A stretch of DNA of 64,000 nucleotides from Aureliella sp. (GTDB lineage: Bacteria; Planctomycetota; Planctomycetia; Pirellulales; Pirellulaceae), in contig OY829846.1 of NCBI GenBank assembly GCA_963691875.1, positions 2,816,001 to 2,880,000 of the forward strand, read 5' to 3'. Both the position numbers and the translations under genes were made by a program. Shown piece by piece: positions 18,459 to 29,315 of this stretch (the first letter of the stretch is position 1; every line of letters begins with the position of its first letter). Below the pieces are notes generated by a model. The model had not been told where the DNA came from. It did no database searches and worked only from the letters and a program-made list of their open reading frames with translations.

Positions 18459-21155
18459 ATGTGGTACCTAGATCAGCTGTGCGGACTGTTTCTAACAGCC
18501 CTATACTTTGCCCCCGATATCTGACTTTCCCAACCGACGGTGGATGAAACTGTCGTCTTCGCCGAAGAGAATGGTCTTCTCGCTGCTGAAGCAGAGCATT
18601 TCTTTGCTCAAAGGAAGATGCAGGAACGGAGCTTCTACCTTCAGGCTCCACGCAAGGAATTGGATGTCAAGCCAGATGGTGACCCATCGCATGTCGTCGG
18701 AGCGAGCGGCGGTGCCTACTTGGAGATTCTTCCAGACACGCGTCGCAAGCATGCGGACAAGCTGACGCGAGGTGTCAATTTCTCTCCAGAACCAGGGAAG
18801 ATGGCGGTGCTTAGCTACAAGGTACATGTGAAGAATCCGGGGCGATACTATGTTTGGGTGCGTGCCTACTCCACAGGCTCGGAAGACAATGGTCTGCACG
18901 TCGGCCTCGATGGAAAGTGGCCGGAAAGCGGGCAACGGCTTCAATGGTGCCAAGGCAAGAACACTTGGCGTTGGGAGAGCAAGCAGCGCACAGAAAAGGA
19001 GCATTGTGGCGAGCCCTACAAGATCTACTTGGATATCGAGAAAGCAGGCCCGCATACCATTAGCTTCTCAATGCGAGAGGATGGTTTTGAATTTGACAAA
19101 TGGTTAATGACCAACGACCGCGAATTCAAAAGACCCACTGGTGCTGGACCAGAACCTAAGCTGATCTCTGGTACTTTGCCGAAGCCCTTCTCGACTGAAG
19201 GGCTCGCAAAGCAGGAAACGCCGAAGAATCTAGACTTCAGTCCGACCAAGAATGTCAGCGATTCGCCGTTGCAACAGCCGCGAGAGGCGAATGGAGATGG
19301 AACTGTTACCATCAGCGGAGAGTTGCGCCAGTGGCACAAAATCAACGTAGACATGGCAGGGCCTTTTGCTCACGAGCAAGACAATACACCGAACCCGTTC
19401 ACGGATTATCGATTTGATGTGACTTTCACGCACGCTGACGGAGCGTCACTGACAGTCCCGGGATACTTTGCTGCCGACGGAGACGCTGGCAACAGTGGAG
19501 CTCAATCGGGAACGGTTTGGCGGGCCCACTTTGCTCCACCTGCGACCGGAGAATGGTCCTACCGAGTTTCGTTCAAGACTGGAGAAGGAGCGGCGCTGTC
19601 TGAGACAGCTGTGTCCGAGACAGCTGTGTCCGAGACAGCTGTGTCTGAGACAGCTACGAACAAGGCTCTCATGCCATTCGATGCCGTGTCAGGAAGCTTT
19701 GAAGTCGCTGCGACGGACAAAGTTGCTCCTGACTTGCGTGCTAAGGGGCAATTGCGATACGTCGGTAAACGATACCTTCAATTCGCCGGTACGAAACAGT
19801 ACTTTTTGAAAGTAGGGGCAGACGCGCCGGAGACACTTCTTGCGTACAAGGACTTCGATAACACTGTCGCTGGTAACAAGAAGAAGGCTCCGCTGAAGTC
19901 TTGGTCGGCTCACGTCAAGGATTGGCGTACCGGCGATCCGACTTGGCAAAACGGAAAAGGCAAAGGTCTGATCGGTGCGATCAATTACCTTTCGGGCAAG
20001 GGCTGCAATGCGTTTTCGTTCTTAACCTACAACGCTGGTGGTGACGGGGACAACGTTTGGCCTTTTATTCATCGGGATGACAAGCTGCATTACGACTGCA
20101 GCAAATTGGACCAGTGGGCGACTGTGCTCGAGCATGGTACGAGCAAGGGGATGTACCTGCATTTCAAGATGCAAGAAACCGAGAATGACGACCACACCAA
20201 GCGAGCCGAAAATCAGACTTTTGTGCCCACATGTCTAGACGGTGGAAACCTAGGACCGCAGAGGAGACTTTATTGCCGAGAGCTTGTCGCTCGCTTCGCT
20301 CACAACTTAGCTTTGAATTGGAATCTCGGGGAAGAGAATACTCAGACGACGGCTCAGCAAACAGCGATGATCGACTACATCGCTGGGCTCGACGCGTAGG
20401 ACCATAACATCGTGGTGCACACTTATCCCAATCAACAAGATAAAGTTTACGGAGGGCTAGTCGGAAACCGTTCACAGCTGACAGGAGTATCCCTGCAGAA
20501 CAGCAGCTTGGAAACGACGCATGCTCAGACGGTGAAATGGATCAACGCCTCTGCCAAGGCTGGCAAGCCGTGGGTCGTTGCCTTTGATGAGTCAGGTAGT
20601 GCCGCTCATGCTCAGTGTCCAGACCTCGGCTATGAGGGGTTCGACGGAAAAGATCGTACTGGCAACATGGTCTACACACAGCACAAGGTGCGCAAGCAAA
20701 CGTTGTGGGGAACCTTGATGGCCGGAGGCGCTGGAAACGAGTATTACTTTGGCTATCAGTTTGCTCAAAACGACATAGTCTGCGAGGACTGGCGCAGTCG
20801 TGACCAGAGTTGGGATTATTGTCGGATTGCGATCGAGTTCTTTCACCGACGAGAAATTCCGTTCTGGGAAATGCAGAACGCAGATGAACTAGTTGGCAAT
20901 CCCGAACACTAGCCGAATACGTTCTGTTTTGCTAAGAAGAACTCTGTCTATGTGGTTTACAATCCTGGGGGTGAAATCCCAAAGCTTGACCTATCGGAGG
21001 CGAAGGGCGAATTCCAAGTTCAGTGGTACAACCCGCGAGCAGGCGGAGACTTGCAGTCGGGCAGTGTCATGAGCGTGAAAGGTGGAAAGAGCGTTTCTCT
21101 CGGCGAAGCCCCAAGTGATCTCAGCGAGGATTGGGTGATCGTCCTCAGAAAGTAG
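18459..21155 (+). pseudogene. DUF5060 / glycoside hydrolase-like secreted protein with a C-terminal putative collagen-binding-type domain; three in-frame stops
   Basis: ORF-track pieces 18540-20399, 20412-20912 and 20952-21155 share one frame. Stops are TGA 18522, TAG 20397 and TAG 20910. Motifs: GELRQWHK..NPFTDY..VPGYFAADG..WRAHF, WNLGEEN, VQWYNPR. Confidence 0.75.
19597..19656 (+). repeat. 4 x 15 bp in-frame tandem repeat encoding SETAV
   Basis: tgtcYgagacagctg repeated four times (last copy ends in a). Confidence 0.92.
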
Positions 21156-21204
21156 CCGTAGAGGAAGTCCTATTGAACAAACGCATAACAACGTTAACCC
21201 ACCA

Positions 21205-21231
21205 AAATGCCTCTTCGACGAAGAGGCATTT
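21205..21231 (+). terminator. Terminator-like hairpin after the DUF5060 gene
   Basis: AAATGCCTCTTC-gac-GAAGAGGCATTT, a 12-bp perfect stem. Confidence 0.7.
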
Positions 21232-21340
21232 CTCGTTTGAATTCAGCTATGATAGGCGTAGCAATGTCGAATTGCAGTTGATGCGATCAGATGTCTACAA
21301 ATCCTCTCCAAGCTACCGCCCCTCTGTTATTAGTAATTCA

Positions 21341-24300
21341 ATGCGAACCTTTTTGCACTTAAATCGCACCGTCAGTCCGAGAATCACGACGCGACCAAAT
21401 CGAACCCTACTTTGCGCTTCGCTTGTCGTCGCGTGCCTAATGCCTGGCTCCCTTTTTGCACAAAAGAACAAGGATGGCCGCCGTGTCGACGGGAAGAACG
21501 TCAAGACTGGCAAGGCTGATCCAGTTCGCGATCCCGAACTGGAGCAGTACGGAATTTACGAAGCCACCGCCGCTCGGCCAGGCGATGCAAAGCCGATCGC
21601 AACCAAGCTGCCTTTGACGCTGGGAGACAGTGAGCGAATTGCACTTATCGGCAACACGCTGTTTGATCGTGCTCAACATTTCGGGCACATCGAGTCGCTT
21701 CTACAGCAGGCGTTTCCAAAAAAGAAACTCGTTGTTCGCAATCTCGCTTGGTCCGCTGATGCAGTGGATGTGGAGGGACTACCGCGCCCCGCAAACTTTG
21801 CCAACATCCATCAACATTTGGCCCACGAAAAGGCTGATGTGATCTTGGCCGCCTATGGCTTCAATGAGTCCTTCGCCGGCAAGGCTGGTTTGGATGAGTT
21901 CAAAAACAAACTGCGGGTCTTCGTGAAGGAATTGCAGAACAAGTCCTTTAACAGCAAGTCAGCCCCCCGCGTGGTGCTTGTTGCGCCGATCGCCAACGAG
22001 GATTTGCCAAATATTCCAGCGGCGAAACGAAACAATGAAAACATCCTGCTTTATGTCAACGCGATACGTGAAGTGGCTGCGGAGCTGCAGGTCGGCTTTG
22101 TCGATCCATTTGAAGCGACACGAAAGGCCATGGAGAGTCCTGGTGATGACTTGACGGTCAATGGTGTTCATCTCAACGAGTCTGGTTACGAGCTATTCGC
22201 CAAAGACCTCCTCAAGCAGCTCTTCTCAATCGATGCTCCTGCTGTAGATTCGAAAATTCGCGAGTTGATTGTCGATAAGAATCGCCAATATTTCCGTCGT
22301 TACCGGCCAGCCAATACTTTTTATTACACCGGTAATCGCAACAAAAGCTATGGCTACCTAGATTTTCTACCCGCAATGCGCAATTTCGATCTAATGGTCG
22401 CTAACCGCGAGAAGGCGATTTCCGATGTTGCGCAAGGAAAGTCTCCCCATGTCGACGATTCGAATCTACCACCGCTGCCGCAAACCAAACAGAGCCGCGG
22501 AGCGAATCGTTGGTTGTCTGCGGAGGACGAATTGAAAGATTTTGAGATCGATCCGCGATTCGAGGTCAACCTGTTCGCTGGCGAAGAGCAGTTTCCTGAG
22601 CTCGGCGCTCCGATTCAAATGCGATGGGACAGCCGCGGGCGATTATGGGTGTCTTGTAGCACGACATATCCGCATGTCTACCCGGGCAACGAGCCTGACG
22701 ACAAACTTGTGATCCTCGAAGATACCGACGGAGACGGGCGAGCCGACAAGTCGACTATCTTCGCGGAAGACTTACACATTCCATTGTCTTTCGAGTTTGG
22801 TGACGGTGGGGTCTATGTTTCCGAGATGCCAGATCTCACCTTCTTGCAGGACACGGACGGTGATGGAAAGGCGGATGTTCGTAAGCGTCTGCTGACCGGT
22901 TTCGGGACCGAGGATTCGCACCACGCCTTGCACGACTTTGTTTGGTCACCTGATGGTGATCTGATTTTTCGCGAGTCGATTTTTCACCATTCACAAGTTG
23001 AAACGGCTTACGGACCTGTTCGTCAACAGAATTCAGGATGGTTTCGCTTCGAGCCTGATATTCAGCGACTTACTAGTTTCGGCACCTATCACAGCACGAA
23101 TCCGTGGGGTGTGGCCTTTGACGACTGGGGACAGCACGTCGCAAGCCATCCGATCTATGCCGCTGCATTCCATTCTCTCGATCCGCCTTATCCGACTCAG
23201 CATCCGAAACCGGTAGGGCTACGTGCTTATTCTGGCACCTGCGGACAAGAGTTCGTCGACTTCGCAACGTTCCCCGAGGAACTGCAAGGCCATTACATAA
23301 AAGCACGTTACAAACCGACGAATCGAATCGAGATCCACAAGTGGCAGGAGAATGAGTTTGGCTTCGACGAAGAGTACCAAAGCGACCTGATCTTTTCTAA
23401 GAATCTGAGTTTTATCCCTGTGGATATCGGCTACGGTCCGCGCGGTGCGATGTATATCTGCGACTGGTACAACCCTATCAAAGGCCATGCACAGTATTCG
23501 CTGCGTGACGAGCGGCGAGACCGTCACTCCGGCCGCATTTGGAGAATCACCACCAAAGGTAAGTCACTGCAGGACCCTCCGGAGATTCACGACGCGAGCA
23601 TCGAGACTCTTCTTGGCCATTTGAAACGTCCTGAGTATCGGGTCCGCTACTGGGCGAAACGCGAACTGCGAGAACGAGATCCACAAGTCGTCAAGAAGGC
23701 CCTAGATAGCTGGATTAGCAGCCTTTCGGATGCAGACCCACGAGTGGATCATCACCGCCTTGAGGCCATTTGGCTTTATCGAGGTATTGATGCCAAGAAC
23801 CTGGGATTGCTGCGCAAGCTCTTCCAGAGCGACAATCATCTCGCGCGTGCTGCGGCGACGGAGCAACTGCGTTACTGGCACACGGATTTGGCAGACAGTT
23901 TGACACTTCTACGCACCAGTGCCAATGACCCAAGTAGCATTGTTCGCATGCAAGCTGCGATTGCGGCAAGCTACATTGGCACACAGGAAGCCATGCTGGT
24001 CATTCTTGACCTGTACAAGCACCCGCTTGGCGGACACCTCGAGTATGCACTCACCTGTGCCCTTGGCTCAGAGAACCTTCGGCGTCATTGGGAGAATCGC
24101 CCAGAATTCGATGTCGCCAACAGACTAAGAGATTCGAAACGCAAGAGCACACTGAAAGAGCCGCCTGTCGATGCAGTGGCAGCTCAGTTTGATGCCCAGA
24201 AGAACTTGCAGACCGTACGGATCGGTTGTATTCCGGAACGCATGAAGTTCACTATTGAGCAGTTTCAAGTCAAACCAGGACAGCCAACCAAGATTGTGTT

Positions 24301-25132
24301 TTCCAACGGTGATGCGACCGATCACAACCTGCTGATTGTCAAACCAGGGGCGTTAGAGGAAGTTGGCATGGCGGCAAATGAAATGGCTCGGGATCCCAAG
24401 AATGCAAACTCCAACTTCATTCCGGGAAGTAAACGCAAATTGATTTTGCAGGCTGCTCCGATGATTGGACCGACACGGAAGACTCAAGTTGCTGTACTGC
24501 GATTCGAAGCCCCCCAAGAACCCGGTGTTTACCCTTACGTTTGCACTTTCCCTGGTCACTGGGTGATCATGAGCGGTAACATGATTGTTGCAAAGAATGA
24601 CGAGCAGGCTGAGCGACTAATTGCTTCCACACGTCCACAGCTCGTCCAGGAATGGAAGCTGGCCGACTTGGAGGACTTGGAAACGAAAGACGACGAGCTA
24701 ACCTTGATGCGTGGTTTAGCTGCATTCAAGAAAGCCAAGTGCGAGCAGTGCCATCGCATCGGTGGTCATGGCCTCAACTTGGGTCCCGATCTGGGCGACG
24801 TCACGAAACGATTCCGAGGTGATAGGTTGCTCGAGCAAATCTTAAATCCGTCGAAGGAGATCAGCGACAAGTACCGGAGCTACCGATTCTTGTTGGACTC
24901 CGGTAAAGTTATTTCCGGTGTGATCCAGAAAGAAACGGACAAAGAGGTAGTCATACTGACAAATCTTCTGGACCCTAAATCAACGACCCAAATAGCCAAG
25001 AATGAAATTGAACTACGGAGCGAATCCAGAGTTTCATCGATGCCGGTGGGCCTCTTAGATGTCCTGACCAAGCAAGAAATCGCCGATTTGCTCAGCCTAC
25101 TCCAGGCAGAGGATCAAGAACACGCCCATTGA
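21341..25132 (+). CDS. PVC-type membrane-bound dehydrogenase-like multidomain protein: SGNH-like + beta-propeller + HEAT + cupredoxin + cytochrome c
   Basis: IGNT..GFNES..NGVHLN; EVNLFAGEE and DTDGDGRAD repeats; DHNL..CTFPGHWVIM copper site; CEQCH..GPDL..SSMP. Start placed after the hairpin at 21205-21231. Confidence 0.88.
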   Translation: MRTFLHLNRTVSPRITTRPNRTLLCASLVVACLMPGSLFAQKNKDGRRVDGKNVKTGKADPVRDPELEQYGIYEATAARPGDAKPIATKLPLTLGDSERIALIGNTLFDRAQHFGHIESLLQQAFPKKKLVVRNLAWSADAVDVEGLPRPANFANIHQHLAHEKADVILAAYGFNESFAGKAGLDEFKNKLRVFVKELQNKSFNSKSAPRVVLVAPIANEDLPNIPAAKRNNENILLYVNAIREVAAELQVGFVDPFEATRKAMESPGDDLTVNGVHLNESGYELFAKDLLKQLFSIDAPAVDSKIRELIVDKNRQYFRRYRPANTFYYTGNRNKSYGYLDFLPAMRNFDLMVANREKAISDVAQGKSPHVDDSNLPPLPQTKQSRGANRWLSAEDELKDFEIDPRFEVNLFAGEEQFPELGAPIQMRWDSRGRLWVSCSTTYPHVYPGNEPDDKLVILEDTDGDGRADKSTIFAEDLHIPLSFEFGDGGVYVSEMPDLTFLQDTDGDGKADVRKRLLTGFGTEDSHHALHDFVWSPDGDLIFRESIFHHSQVETAYGPVRQQNSGWFRFEPDIQRLTSFGTYHSTNPWGVAFDDWGQHVASHPIYAAAFHSLDPPYPTQHPKPVGLRAYSGTCGQEFVDFATFPEELQGHYIKARYKPTNRIEIHKWQENEFGFDEEYQSDLIFSKNLSFIPVDIGYGPRGAMYICDWYNPIKGHAQYSLRDERRDRHSGRIWRITTKGKSLQDPPEIHDASIETLLGHLKRPEYRVRYWAKRELRERDPQVVKKALDSWISSLSDADPRVDHHRLEAIWLYRGIDAKNLGLLRKLFQSDNHLARAAATEQLRYWHTDLADSLTLLRTSANDPSSIVRMQAAIAASYIGTQEAMLVILDLYKHPLGGHLEYALTCALGSENLRRHWENRPEFDVANRLRDSKRKSTLKEPPVDAVAAQFDAQKNLQTVRIGCIPERMKFTIEQFQVKPGQPTKIVFSNGDATDHNLLIVKPGALEEVGMAANEMARDPKNANSNFIPGSKRKLILQAAPMIGPTRKTQVAVLRFEAPQEPGVYPYVCTFPGHWVIMSGNMIVAKNDEQAERLIASTRPQLVQEWKLADLEDLETKDDELTLMRGLAAFKKAKCEQCHRIGGHGLNLGPDLGDVTKRFRGDRLLEQILNPSKEISDKYRSYRFLLDSGKVISGVIQKETDKEVVILTNLLDPKSTTQIAKNEIELRSESRVSSMPVGLLDVLTKQEIADLLSLLQAEDQEHAH

Positions 25133-25145
25133 TGGCGAGACATTG

Positions 25146-26411
25146 CTAGAAGGCTATTTCATCGCCAAAGCGATCCCGCTCGGCTTGCGTTAGTCGATAC
25201 ATGTCGTGCAGCAGCTGCTTGTCGCAGTCACGTTGCTCCACCTTTCGGCGTGAGAACATTCGCTGCTGCGTGGCAATCATGACTTCGGCTGGCAAGGTGG
25301 CCAGCTGACCGAAGAGTCTCGCGTAATTGACAAAGCTAGGGACATTGCTGGTTACAGAACCATACATCATGCTGCATACACCGATCACCTTGCCGGTAAA
25401 GATCCCAGTATTGATCGCGGTCTTACTGTAATCGCCCATGACGCAGCCCAAGAACTGCATGCCCGTCGCGGACTTGCCGTCAGGGTACTCCATATTGACT
25501 GTTCCGTAAGTGTTTTTAAGGTCTGAATTACAAGTACCTGCACCAAGATTAATCCAACTGCCGAGGTAGCTGTGCCCTAGAAAACCATGGTGTTGTTTGT
25601 TGGAGAAAGGTTCGACAACGGCTGCTTCGACTTCACCACCAATCTTGGTTGTGTGCCCCAATGAGACTTCATCTTTGATGGCAGAGTGTTCCAAGATTCT
25701 ACAGTTCTTGCCGATGTAAATTGGCCCGCGAAGTAACGTATACGGTCCAATGGATGCGCCTTCATCAATAATGATCGGACCCGAAGAAGTATCGGCCAGC
25801 ACGTAGTCTCCCAACTCAGCCCCAGCGGCCATGAAAACGCCATCTTGTTGCTGAGTAAACGATTGCGATTCGATTCTATGCTGCAGAGAATCGACAATTA
25901 TCTTCATGTTGTTCGCGACGACTTCGTGAGGCAAACTAATGATCTGCATCGGCACGTCGATCTCAGCCATCTGTTGGCAGGCTTCCAACAATCCACTGAG
26001 TCCTCGATCCGCTTCTTCGGCCACTTGTTTCCAAGTCCAGCCAGGATGAACCACTGCAACGACTTGATCACCAGCACGAACGACGCCAGTCGCGGTATCT
26101 TCGCGAGAAAGTAAGTCTCTTAGGCTGGCGAGGTTTTGTGGGCTTGGAATGAGCCTAGCATTAATCGCCAGGGTGGGTCCAGGGCCAGGCAGCTTGGAAG
26201 TATCTTTTTCAGACGCAATTTGCTGCTCCGGGAAGTCTAAGCCGCAGATTGCACGTAAGTGTCGTCGTAAGTGTAGGACACAAGGTGTTTCTAGCTCTCG
26301 AATCAGGTCCAGCAAGCGGTAGGATCCCATTGTGACAGCACAAGCGGGGCGTGCTGTAGTAATGGGAGCAAGTTTCGAAACACGTTGGTCCTCAAATACT
26401 AGGATGCTCAC
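25146..26411 (-). CDS. GlmU-related putative sugar nucleotidyltransferase/acyltransferase (left-handed beta-helix)
   Basis: N-terminal FED..LAPITTARP; hexapeptide repeats; KIGGEVE, SNKQHHGFLGHSYLGSWINLGAGT and SDLKNTY. Confidence 0.85.
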   Translation of the reverse strand: MSILVFEDQRVSKLAPITTARPACAVTMGSYRLLDLIRELETPCVLHLRRHLRAICGLDFPEQQIASEKDTSKLPGPGPTLAINARLIPSPQNLASLRDLLSREDTATGVVRAGDQVVAVVHPGWTWKQVAEEADRGLSGLLEACQQMAEIDVPMQIISLPHEVVANNMKIIVDSLQHRIESQSFTQQQDGVFMAAGAELGDYVLADTSSGPIIIDEGASIGPYTLLRGPIYIGKNCRILEHSAIKDEVSLGHTTKIGGEVEAAVVEPFSNKQHHGFLGHSYLGSWINLGAGTCNSDLKNTYGTVNMEYPDGKSATGMQFLGCVMGDYSKTAINTGIFTGKVIGVCSMMYGSVTSNVPSFVNYARLFGQLATLPAEVMIATQQRMFSRRKVEQRDCDKQLLHDMYRLTQAERDRFGDEIAF

Positions 26412-26702
26412 CTGAGAATCTTTCTACTGCTAATAAAAACTTTGTGTAATGGAAGTCGCTAAGGCATCTGTCCTCAACTGAATCGGCCCTGCCATGTTGA
26501 CATACCGCAAAGAAAGCGAAAGCCCCGTTCGGACAGAACACAACCCGCAAGCTTTACTCCGTCTACCTAGCCTGCCGCAGAATAGGGCAATCTAAGACTC
26601 TGCTACACGAACACATGTCTAAAACTCAGTAGCACGCGACAGAGCAAGCCGGCGTTGCGCGGCGTGCTTTTGTGAATCCCCCGAGTCGAAACGCTTGTCT
26701 GA

Positions 26703-27530
26703 CTATCGATTCGCAGCAGCTGGCTGAGCGGCAAATCTGTCAGCTTCGGCGCGAGCATGGTACACGGCTGGCTCGACTAGTTGAAACGTATCCTTCAGCC
26801 TCTGCAATTCTTGCAACTTGGTTTGATCGTCGGCAGACAAGCTCCAAACTGCCTTGACATCGCAGTTGTAAACCGCGGGATCACCGCCGCCCTGGGTGAG
26901 TGTGATTTCCTTGGGCAGCACGTTCTTGGCAGCAAGTTCACGGTTCAGTGCCAATCGCGCAAAAGGTGGTGCGCCATTGGCGCCTCGAGAGAATGAATTG
27001 AGCAACATGGAAGCGTCAGCGAATTTTTGATAGGCCTTCGCAAATGCAGCAGCTTGCGTTGTGTCGTCAGCACGCTGGAAAGTTGCGACGTAAGCAAGCG
27101 GTCCTCCTTCTCCAACAGCAACAAGAGTCTTTTCTCGGCGAATTTGTTTTGCACTGGCCAGGAATGCTGCCGCCTTACCGAACTTTGCTTGCTCCTCTGC
27201 ACGAGGAATCAAATCCTTTAGAGCACTGATCTTGATTTCCATTCGAAGCTTGGTGCCAAGATGGACGCAGGTTATCTTGTCGCTGGCCGGATCAATGATC
27301 GTGATATCAGAGCCTTGGAAATCGTAGCCGACTCCGCCAAAGAATAAGCTCGTTGTTTTCGACAGCGGCTGGGAACTTCCCGCGAGCGAGATCTTCGTAT
27401 CGACGCGAAATCCGTCGTCTGCCACCAGTTCTGTGGGTTGCAAGGCAATCATCAGTGAGACTCCAACGGAGAAAACAAGCGAAGGCAGGAGCGATTGAGG
27501 AAGCATATTGTTGCCCAGTCTTTTTGCCAT
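26703..27530 (-). CDS. Hypothetical secreted protein
   Basis: 275 aa ORF with a signal-peptide-like N-terminus. Confidence 0.75.
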   Translation of the reverse strand: MAKRLGNNMLPQSLLPSLVFSVGVSLMIALQPTELVADDGFRVDTKISLAGSSQPLSKTTSLFFGGVGYDFQGSDITIIDPASDKITCVHLGTKLRMEIKISALKDLIPRAEEQAKFGKAAAFLASAKQIRREKTLVAVGEGGPLAYVATFQRADDTTQAAAFAKAYQKFADASMLLNSFSRGANGAPPFARLALNRELAAKNVLPKEITLTQGGGDPAVYNCDVKAVWSLSADDQTKLQELQRLKDTFQLVEPAVYHARAEADRFAAQPAAANR

Positions 27531-27720
27531 GTCTTAAGCGTGCCGATGCTCGCGCTGCAGCGCGGAGCGCGAGGAGAATATCAAGTGCTGGCAAATCCAG
27601 TCCAGGGCAATAGATCAAGCGACTTTTGCTAGCGTGGCGATCTCCCCAGCTGTTCGACCTCGCTCTAAAATACGTACAACTGGACAATGCTTTTCCTAAC
27701 ACATCCACACGCAAGAACTC

Positions 27721-28566
27721 ATGTCCATAAAATCAAACTCTTGGCGACTCAAGACTTGCGAGCTCTCTTTCGAGTCTGGTCCAGCAATCATGGGAATTCT
27801 GAACGTCACTCCTGACAGTTTTTCAGATGGCGGCAGGTTTTTCACTCCAACTCAGGCAGTGGAGCAAGCCCTTCGGATGGAAGACGCTGGCGCTGACATC
27901 CTAGACATCGGCGGAGAGAGCACTCGGCCGTACAGCGAGTCGGTGGCGGCCAAAGACGAATTGGCTCGTATTGAACCTGTCATAGAGGCACTGGCGGAAC
28001 GTGTGAGTATTCCGATCTCGATCGACACTTCCAAGAGTAGCGTTGCGCGAGCCGCAATCGAGTTGGGGGCAGAGATTTTGAATGACGTGACTGGTTTAGA
28101 AGGTGATGAAGCAATGCCCTCTCTTGCGGCTCAAATGGAAGTCGGAGTCTGCGCAATGCATATGCAGGGAACGCCGCAAACGATGCAGGACGCGCCAAGC
28201 TATGAGAATGTGGTGAAAGAAATTTTGCAGTACTTGCGTCAGCGTGACGCAAAGTTGCTAGAGGCAGGCGTCGCGGCGGAGCGAATTTGCTTAGATCCTG
28301 GCATCGGCTTTGGGAAAACTCACGAGCACAATATTGAATTGCTGCAGCACGTCGAAGCCTTTCATGAGCTGAATAGGCCGCTGCTGGTAGGGCATTCGCG
28401 TAAAGGTTTCATCGGCAAATTGATTGGCGACAAAGATGCTGATCGCTGCGCCGGAACTTTGGCAATTAGCCTTTGGCTAGCTCAGCAAAACGTTCAGGTC
28501 ATTCGAGTGCACGATGTGGCCGAGACGCGGCAAGCCTTGGATTGTTGGAAAGCGGTTGGTCGCTAG
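27721..28566 (+). CDS. folP: Dihydropteroate synthase
   Basis: MGILNVTPDSFSDGG, DIGGESTRP, DPGIGFGK, SRKGFIG and IRVHDV. Confidence 0.97.
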   Translation: MSIKSNSWRLKTCELSFESGPAIMGILNVTPDSFSDGGRFFTPTQAVEQALRMEDAGADILDIGGESTRPYSESVAAKDELARIEPVIEALAERVSIPISIDTSKSSVARAAIELGAEILNDVTGLEGDEAMPSLAAQMEVGVCAMHMQGTPQTMQDAPSYENVVKEILQYLRQRDAKLLEAGVAAERICLDPGIGFGKTHEHNIELLQHVEAFHELNRPLLVGHSRKGFIGKLIGDKDADRCAGTLAISLWLAQQNVQVIRVHDVAETRQALDCWKAVGR

Positions 28567-28648
28567 CGAACAACTTTTTTGCTGGTTTCATAGCGGTGAC
28601 TTCTAGCCGCAAGCAGCGAACGCAACCGACAGGGCGTTAGCGGAGTAG

Positions 28649-28673
28649 CTAAAGTCTTAAGGACTTCCGCAAC
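28649..28673. repeat. REP-like family B copy (degenerate) between convergent folP and the ECF sigma gene
   Basis: ctaaagtcttaaggacttccgcaac, matching the copy at 52139-52164. Confidence 0.6.
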
Positions 28674-28700
28674 GAGCACGCTTCTCTAGAGCGATCGAAA

Positions 28701-29315
28701 TCACGAGGGCAAGTCGATCTTGCTTTCTTCTTCTTGCAAGAAGGAACCGAGATCTTTGCGAATGCGATCTTGGATGCGACGCACGGTTCGTTCGCTACAG
28801 CCGATAACCTTGGCGATCTCGTTCTGGGTTCTGCATTCGAGCCACATTTCGAGCACTCGCTTGCGCTCGTCGTCTTTGTCAGCAAATGCAACTTGCAGCA
28901 TGTCCTGCATTTCGACTTGCTCGATCGCATGGTCCCATTCGGCTGGCTGGAGATTCGCTTCCTCTGGCATCGTCTGTTCCTTGGAAATCGAACGACGCTT
29001 GCGCGAATGGAAACGCGCTTGCATCCGCACTTTATTGAGAGTGATGGTTAGCAACAGCTTCCAAAGATCATCTTTGCTCTCAAAAGAAAAATTGCCTTCG
29101 CTGGCGCGACGGAAGAAAGTGCGACAAGCCGACTGAACGACGTCCTCCGGATCCACGCGACGCCGCAGCCAGCTAGCAATTTGCCTTTCGGCGACTCGCT
29201 GCAACGATTCGCCGTAACGTTGCCAGAACTGTTCCACAGCCGTCGGCTTCCCCTCGGCTAAATCGTCGAGCCAAGCGATGGTGACTTCTTGATTGGATTC
29301 GGCATTCGCGTTCAT
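28701..29315 (-). CDS. ECF-type RNA polymerase sigma factor
   Basis: VDPEDVVQSACRTFF (region 2), LWKLLLTITLNK and the HTH QNEIAKVIGCSERTVRR. Confidence 0.9.
   Translation of the reverse strand: MNANAESNQEVTIAWLDDLAEGKPTAVEQFWQRYGESLQRVAERQIASWLRRRVDPEDVVQSACRTFFRRASEGNFSFESKDDLWKLLLTITLNKVRMQARFHSRKRRSISKEQTMPEEANLQPAEWDHAIEQVEMQDMLQVAFADKDDERKRVLEMWLECRTQNEIAKVIGCSERTVRRIQDRIRKDLGSFLQEEESKIDLPS

Noticed and set aside
19597..19656. Possible CRISPR array
   Set aside because: 15-bp units with no spacers, inside a CDS; no cas genes in the window.
21131..21340. N-terminal extension of the 1333-aa ORF
   Set aside because: It overlaps the previous gene and a terminator-like hairpin; ATG 21341 precedes the signal-peptide-like segment.
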